From: Methylotenera sp.
GTDB taxonomy: Bacteria; Pseudomonadota; Gammaproteobacteria; Burkholderiales; Methylophilaceae
Length of the DNA: 54,674 nucleotides
Direction: 5' to 3'
Assembly: GCA_025360485.1 (NCBI GenBank)
Contig: JANYCB010000083.1
Span: 1 to 54,674, forward strand
The notes beneath the pieces are model-generated. The model saw only the letters and a program-made list of their open reading frames with translations, had not been told where the DNA came from and searched no databases. Numbering within the stretch: the first letter of the stretch is position 1; each line of letters begins with the position of its first letter. Both the position numbers and the translations under genes were made by a program. Shown piece by piece: positions 50,402-54,674 of the stretch.

Positions 50402-51403
50402 ATGGATCACGCAATTGTCATTATGGCGTTGCTGGTAGTGGTAGCCCTGTTGTTTGACTTTCTGAATGGCTTTCACGATGCAGCAAACTCTATTGCACTA
50501 ATGGTTTCTACGCGCTTACTCACGCCGCAAGCAGCGGTAGTTTGGGCGGCATTCTTCAACTTAGTCGCATTTTTGTTTTTTGGTTTACACGTAGCTGATA
50601 CTGTCGGCAAAGGTATTATTTCCAAAGAAGTTATCGACAATGCGGTTATATTCGGGGCACTCAGCGGCGCGATTTCTTGGAACTTGATTACCTGGTGGTT
50701 TGGTATTCCCTCGTCGTCGTCGCACGCACTGGTGGGTGGCTTAGTAGGTGCAGGGGTTGCTAAGGCTGGCACGGGCGCCATTGTGGCAGCAGGCTTAATT
50801 AAAACTTCCGCAGCTATTATTCTGTCACCCTTATTTGGCATGATACTAGCGCTTATTTTTATGGTGCTTGTGCTGTGGATATTCGAAAAATCCTCACCTT
50901 ACCCAGCTGAAAGAAGATTTAACAAACTACAGTTTATCTCGTCATCGCTCTATAGTTTAGGACATGGCGGTAACGATGCACAAAAAACCATGGGCATTAT
51001 CGCCGTGTTACTTTACGCTAATGGCTATTTGCAGGGCGATTTTCATGTGCCATTTTGGGTGGTGATTTCGTGCCAAATCGCGATGGGTTTAGGCACGCTA
51101 TTTGGTGGCTGGCGCATTGTACGCACTATGGGTATGGGCATTACGCGTATTCGACCTTCTGGTGGCTTTTGCGCACAAACCTCCGGTGCAATTGCCTTGT
51201 TTATTGCCACCTCGCTCGGCATTCCAGTTTCCACTACGCACACAATTACTGGAGCAATTATTGGAGTTGGCTTGTCACGTCGCGTCTCTGCAGTGCGCTG
51301 GGGCTTGGCTTCGCGCATCGTATGGGCATGGATACTGACAATCCCTTGTGCAGGCTTAATTGCAGCGCTAGCTTATCATCTTGGTAACACCTTTTTACTA
51401 TAA
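50402..51403 (+). CDS. PiT family inorganic phosphate transporter
   Basis: NGFHDAAN, PSSSSHA, HGGNDAQK and PVSTTH motifs. Confidence 0.95.
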   Translation: MDHAIVIMALLVVVALLFDFLNGFHDAANSIALMVSTRLLTPQAAVVWAAFFNLVAFLFFGLHVADTVGKGIISKEVIDNAVIFGALSGAISWNLITWWFGIPSSSSHALVGGLVGAGVAKAGTGAIVAAGLIKTSAAIILSPLFGMILALIFMVLVLWIFEKSSPYPAERRFNKLQFISSSLYSLGHGGNDAQKTMGIIAVLLYANGYLQGDFHVPFWVVISCQIAMGLGTLFGGWRIVRTMGMGITRIRPSGGFCAQTSGAIALFIATSLGIPVSTTHTITGAIIGVGLSRRVSAVRWGLASRIVWAWILTIPCAGLIAALAYHLGNTFLL

Positions 51404-51427
51404 ATAGTAACCTGCGGAATGTGAAAT

Positions 51428-51445
51428 TTGTCATATTTCTGTCAC
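51428..51445 (+). promoter_or_regulatory. Pho box (pstS)
   Basis: TTGTCAT-ATTT-CTGTCAC followed by a TACAAT -10 element. Confidence 0.88.
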
Positions 51446-51547
51446 AAAACCTTTATACAATCTTCATCAACTCTTGTAGTCAGCATTCACAATTAAACGT
51501 TAATGTTTGCGCAGTACAACTAGTTACTTATTTTTATGGAGATTTCA

Positions 51548-52603
51548 ATGAAGACCAAGTTTGTTAAATCATTATTCGTTACAGCTATACTAGCTAACGG
51601 CCTGACAATGGCTACAAGTGCGTTTGCAATCGATATTACCGGTGCTGGCGCTACATTCCCATACCCAATATACGCAAAATGGGCAGAATCTTACAATGTT
51701 AAGACTGGCGTAAAGTTAAACTATCAATCTATCGGTTCTGGTGGTGGTATTAAACAAATCACCAATAAAACAGTTGATTTTGGCGCTTCTGATAAACCTT
51801 TAAAACCTGAAGAGCTTGATAAAGCTGGCTTAATGCAGTTCCCAGCTGTTGTTGGTGGCGTTGTGCCAGTCGTAAATGTTCCAGGTGTTACCGATGGCGA
51901 AATGCGTCTAAGCGGTGAAGTGCTTGCTAACATTTTCTTGAAAAAAATTACTAGATGGAATGACCCAGCAATTGTGGCTTTAAACCCAAGTGTGAAATTA
52001 CCAGACACAGCGATCACTGTTGTTCACCGTTCTGACGGTTCAGGTACATCTTTTGTGTTTACTAACTACTTAAGCAAAGTAAGCAAAGAGTGGGCTGACA
52101 AAGTGGGCGCAGACACCTCAGTGGCATGGCCAGCTGGCGTTGGTGGTAAAGGCAACGAAGGCGTAGCTTCATACGCGCAGCGCATTAAAGGCTCGATTGG
52201 TTATGTTGAGTATGCCTTTGCTAAGCAAAATAATTTGCCAACGGCAACCTTGCAAAACCGTGAAGGTGAATTTGTAAAACCGAGCATTGAAAGCTTTCAA
52301 TCTGCAGCAAAATACGCTGAATGGGAAAAAGCACCTGGTTTTTATGAAATTTTAACAAACGAACCAGGCAAAGCTTCATGGCCAATCACTGGTGCTAGCT
52401 TCATCTTAATGCACAAAGTTCAAGATAACCCAGCAAACGGTGCTGAAGTACTAAAATTCTTTGACTGGAGCTACACAAATGGTAGCTTAATGGCTAAAGC
52501 GTTAGATTATGTGCCTATGCCAGATAGCGTTGTTAAACTTATTCAGACTAGCTGGAAAAATAACTTGAAAAGCAAAGATGGCACTGCCGTTTGGACTAAA
52601 TAA
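51548..52603 (+). CDS. pstS: Phosphate ABC binding protein PstS
   Basis: GAGATFP, YQSIGSGGG, DFGASD and RSDGSGT motifs; GGAG RBS before ATG 51548. Confidence 0.96.
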   Translation: MKTKFVKSLFVTAILANGLTMATSAFAIDITGAGATFPYPIYAKWAESYNVKTGVKLNYQSIGSGGGIKQITNKTVDFGASDKPLKPEELDKAGLMQFPAVVGGVVPVVNVPGVTDGEMRLSGEVLANIFLKKITRWNDPAIVALNPSVKLPDTAITVVHRSDGSGTSFVFTNYLSKVSKEWADKVGADTSVAWPAGVGGKGNEGVASYAQRIKGSIGYVEYAFAKQNNLPTATLQNREGEFVKPSIESFQSAAKYAEWEKAPGFYEILTNEPGKASWPITGASFILMHKVQDNPANGAEVLKFFDWSYTNGSLMAKALDYVPMPDSVVKLIQTSWKNNLKSKDGTAVWTK

Positions 52604-52680
52604 ATTGTTCAATTAAAATTTATTCAGTAAGATTGCATCAGCATGTCGTCTTATAATAATGAAACTGCTGTTAGCAATAT

Positions 52681-52706
52681 GGGGGGGAGGCATCTCTCCC
52701 CTCTTT
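52681..52706 (+). other. GC-rich hairpin between pstS and pstC (mRNA stabiliser or weak terminator)
   Basis: GGGGGGGAG-GCAT-CTCTCCCCTC-TTT. Confidence 0.55.
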
Positions 52707-52746
52707 AACTTCAATAAAAGAACAAACAACTAGAGAATCAAAAAAA

Positions 52747-53703
52747 ATGTCACCGAGTGCACAAAATAAAAATGTGGGGGCTACAATAGACAAATTGTTT
52801 CGTCTTACCACCATGTTTTTTGCATTTCTGGTGTTCATTTTATTGTTCGGCATTATCATCACATTGTTCATTGGCAGCTTGCCTGCACTAAAGGCATTTG
52901 GGCCCTCTTTTTTTACGAGTGATGCTTGGAACCCAGTTACAGTCCAATTCGGCGGCTTAGTCCCCATCTACGGCACTTTCATTACCGCGCTCATTGCTAT
53001 GCTTATTGGCGTACCTGTGAGCTTTGGTATTGCCATTTTTATTACAGAGCTTTCACCAGTTTGGCTTAAACGCCCAATAGGCGTGGCAATTGAGCTGCTA
53101 GCCGGCATCCCAAGTATTATTTACGGCATGTGGGGCTTATTTGTGTTTGCCCCTTTATTTGCTGACCACGTACAGCCATGGATTAACGATAATCTTGGTA
53201 GCCTGCCACTCATAGGTCAAGTATTCCAAGGGCCACCAATGGGCATCGGCATGCTGACTGCAGGTTTTATTTTGGCCATTATGGTCATTCCATTTACAGC
53301 CTCTGTCATGCGCGACGTATTTGAAATTGTCCCAAGTATGCTCAAAGAATCTGCATACGGCCTTGGCGCTACCACATGGGAAGTGGTATGGAATGTGGTG
53401 CTGCCTTATACCAAAACTGGGGTTGTTGGCGGCATCATGCTCGGATTAGGTCGAGCACTAGGTGAAACCATGGCCGTTACATTTGTCATTGGCAATGCAC
53501 ATGAGCTATCACCCTCACTCATGATGCCAGGTAATACTATATCTTCCGCTCTAGCAAATGAGTTTACTGAAGCGGTTGGCGACATTTACACCTCTTCGCT
53601 CATCACCTTGGGCTTAACTTTATTTGTGATTACCTTTATTGTATTGGCGCTCGCAAAACTACTATTGATTCGCCTAGCGTTGCGCGAAGGTAAACAATCA
53701 TGA
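52747..53703 (+). CDS. pstC: Phosphate ABC permease PstC
   Basis: [12 protein letters not shown] and [10 protein letters not shown] motifs. Confidence 0.96.
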   Translation: MSPSAQNKNVGATIDKLFRLTTMFFAFLVFILLFGIIITLFIGSLPALKAFGPSFFTSDAWNPVTVQFGGLVPIYGTFITALIAMLIGVPVSFGIAIFITELSPVWLKRPIGVAIELLAGIPSIIYGMWGLFVFAPLFADHVQPWINDNLGSLPLIGQVFQGPPMGIGMLTAGFILAIMVIPFTASVMRDVFEIVPSMLKESAYGLGATTWEVVWNVVLPYTKTGVVGGIMLGLGRALGETMAVTFVIGNAHELSPSLMMPGNTISSALANEFTEAVGDIYTSSLITLGLTLFVITFIVLALAKLLLIRLALREGKQS

Positions 53704-54557
53704 GCCAGTTTAATAATCAGCGTTATCTAAGGCGCAAGTTTGTAAACGGCCTAGCACTGAGCATTTCTGTAGTAACCGTGATATTTGCGCTCACTTTTTT
53801 AGTGTGGATATTATGGACATTGTTTAGCCAAGGTTTTAGCCATCTCAACTTGGCTGTGTTTACCAAGATGACGCCACCTCCCGGAAGCGCTGGCGGGTTA
53901 TTAAATGCAATACTGGGTAGCGTGTATATGGTGTTGTTTGCAACATTGATTGGTACGCCTGTAGGCATACTAGCTGGCACTTATCTTGCGGAATATGGCA
54001 AATCTGGCTGGTTAGCTCCGACGACAAGATTTATTAATGACATTTTACTTTCAGCACCGTCTATTGTCATCGGGCTATTTGTATATGAAGTTGCCGTCAA
54101 TAGCGTTGGCCATTTTTCCGGTTGGGCAGGCTCATTGGCATTATCGCTACTCGTGATTCCTGTTGTAGTACGTACCACAGAAAACATGATGACTTTAGTT
54201 CCAAGCACCTTGCGCGAAGCCGCTGCTGCACTGGGCGCGCCCTATTGGAAAGTGATAGTAAACGTCGTATACCGGTCGGCCAAAACTGGCATCATGACTG
54301 GTCTATTACTTGCGGTTGCACGCATTAGTGGCGAAACAGCCCCACTATTATTTACCGCACTCAACAACCAATTTTGGAATTCAGATATGAGCAAGCCAAT
54401 TTCCAGTTTGGCTGTGGTAATTTTCCAATTTGCAATGAGCCCGTATGAAGATTGGCAGCATTTAGCATGGGCTGGCGCACTTTTAATCACGCTATTTGTG
54501 TTGGGCCTTAATATCTTAGCGCGCACACTCTTTCGCTCCAATCAATCTCCAAGCTAA
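53700..54557 (+). CDS. pstA: Phosphate ABC permease PstA
   Basis: [16 protein letters not shown] and [11 protein letters not shown] motifs. Confidence 0.96.
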   Translation: MSQFNNQRYLRRKFVNGLALSISVVTVIFALTFLVWILWTLFSQGFSHLNLAVFTKMTPPPGSAGGLLNAILGSVYMVLFATLIGTPVGILAGTYLAEYGKSGWLAPTTRFINDILLSAPSIVIGLFVYEVAVNSVGHFSGWAGSLALSLLVIPVVVRTTENMMTLVPSTLREAAAALGAPYWKVIVNVVYRSAKTGIMTGLLLAVARISGETAPLLFTALNNQFWNSDMSKPISSLAVVIFQFAMSPYEDWQHLAWAGALLITLFVLGLNILARTLFRSNQSPS

Positions 54558-54574
54558 TTTAGGATTACTTAAAT

Positions 54575-54674
54575 ATGTCTACAGAAACGCTTCCAGCGAA
54601 GATATCAACCAAAAATATGAATTTTTACTATGGTAAATTTCATGCGCTTAAAGACATCAACATTGACATACCTG
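54575..54674 (+). CDS. pstB: Phosphate ABC ATPase PstB (5' fragment)
   Basis: Manual translation [33 protein letters not shown]; follows pstA. Confidence 0.85.
   Translation, partial: MSTETLPAKISTKNMNFYYGKFHALKDINIDIP

Noticed and set aside
1-54674. CRISPR arrays, tRNA/rRNA, integrases, transposases, known riboswitches
   Set aside because: None recognised by eye. Intergenic regions are short and mostly explained. An Rfam scan was not possible.

Overview
Chromosomal segment of a betaproteobacterium. Gene content and order suggest Methylophilaceae/Methylotenera, which is my inference. I found no prophage, transposase, CRISPR array, rRNA or tRNA. In order, the window holds: partial msrB and pagP; a stress operon (yqjD-yqjE-yqjK-DUF2892-cbpA-usp-cbpM) divergent from a Cys/His hypothetical gene plus a beta-CASP nuclease; a sulfur-starvation operon (oscA/DUF2292, porin, sbp, TOBE, cysTWA); ybhP-clsB-AI-2E-nnrD; an FNR-controlled microaerobic block (ompW, hemN, fnr, radical SAM, ubiM, ccoISNOQPGH) with five FNR-type boxes in the window; suhB-trmJ-small secreted protein-cysE-isc cluster with IscR boxes; a palindromic repeat; carbonic anhydrase-SulP; a Pho-box porin; prfB (programmed frameshift)-lysS; aquaporin-arsC; and DUF47-pit-pstSCAB with Pho boxes. 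The ORF track misses msrB, ccoQ, ccoS, the 5' part of prfB, pstB and a 57-aa secreted protein. The best leads are a tandem TACCTGAC...GAAG RNA-like motif behind oscA together with an internal terminator, a direct-repeat-flanked small-protein cassette that duplicates half of an IscR box, an ArsR-less arsenic module at a Pho-box promoter, and an FNR-associated hypothetical/beta-CASP pair.
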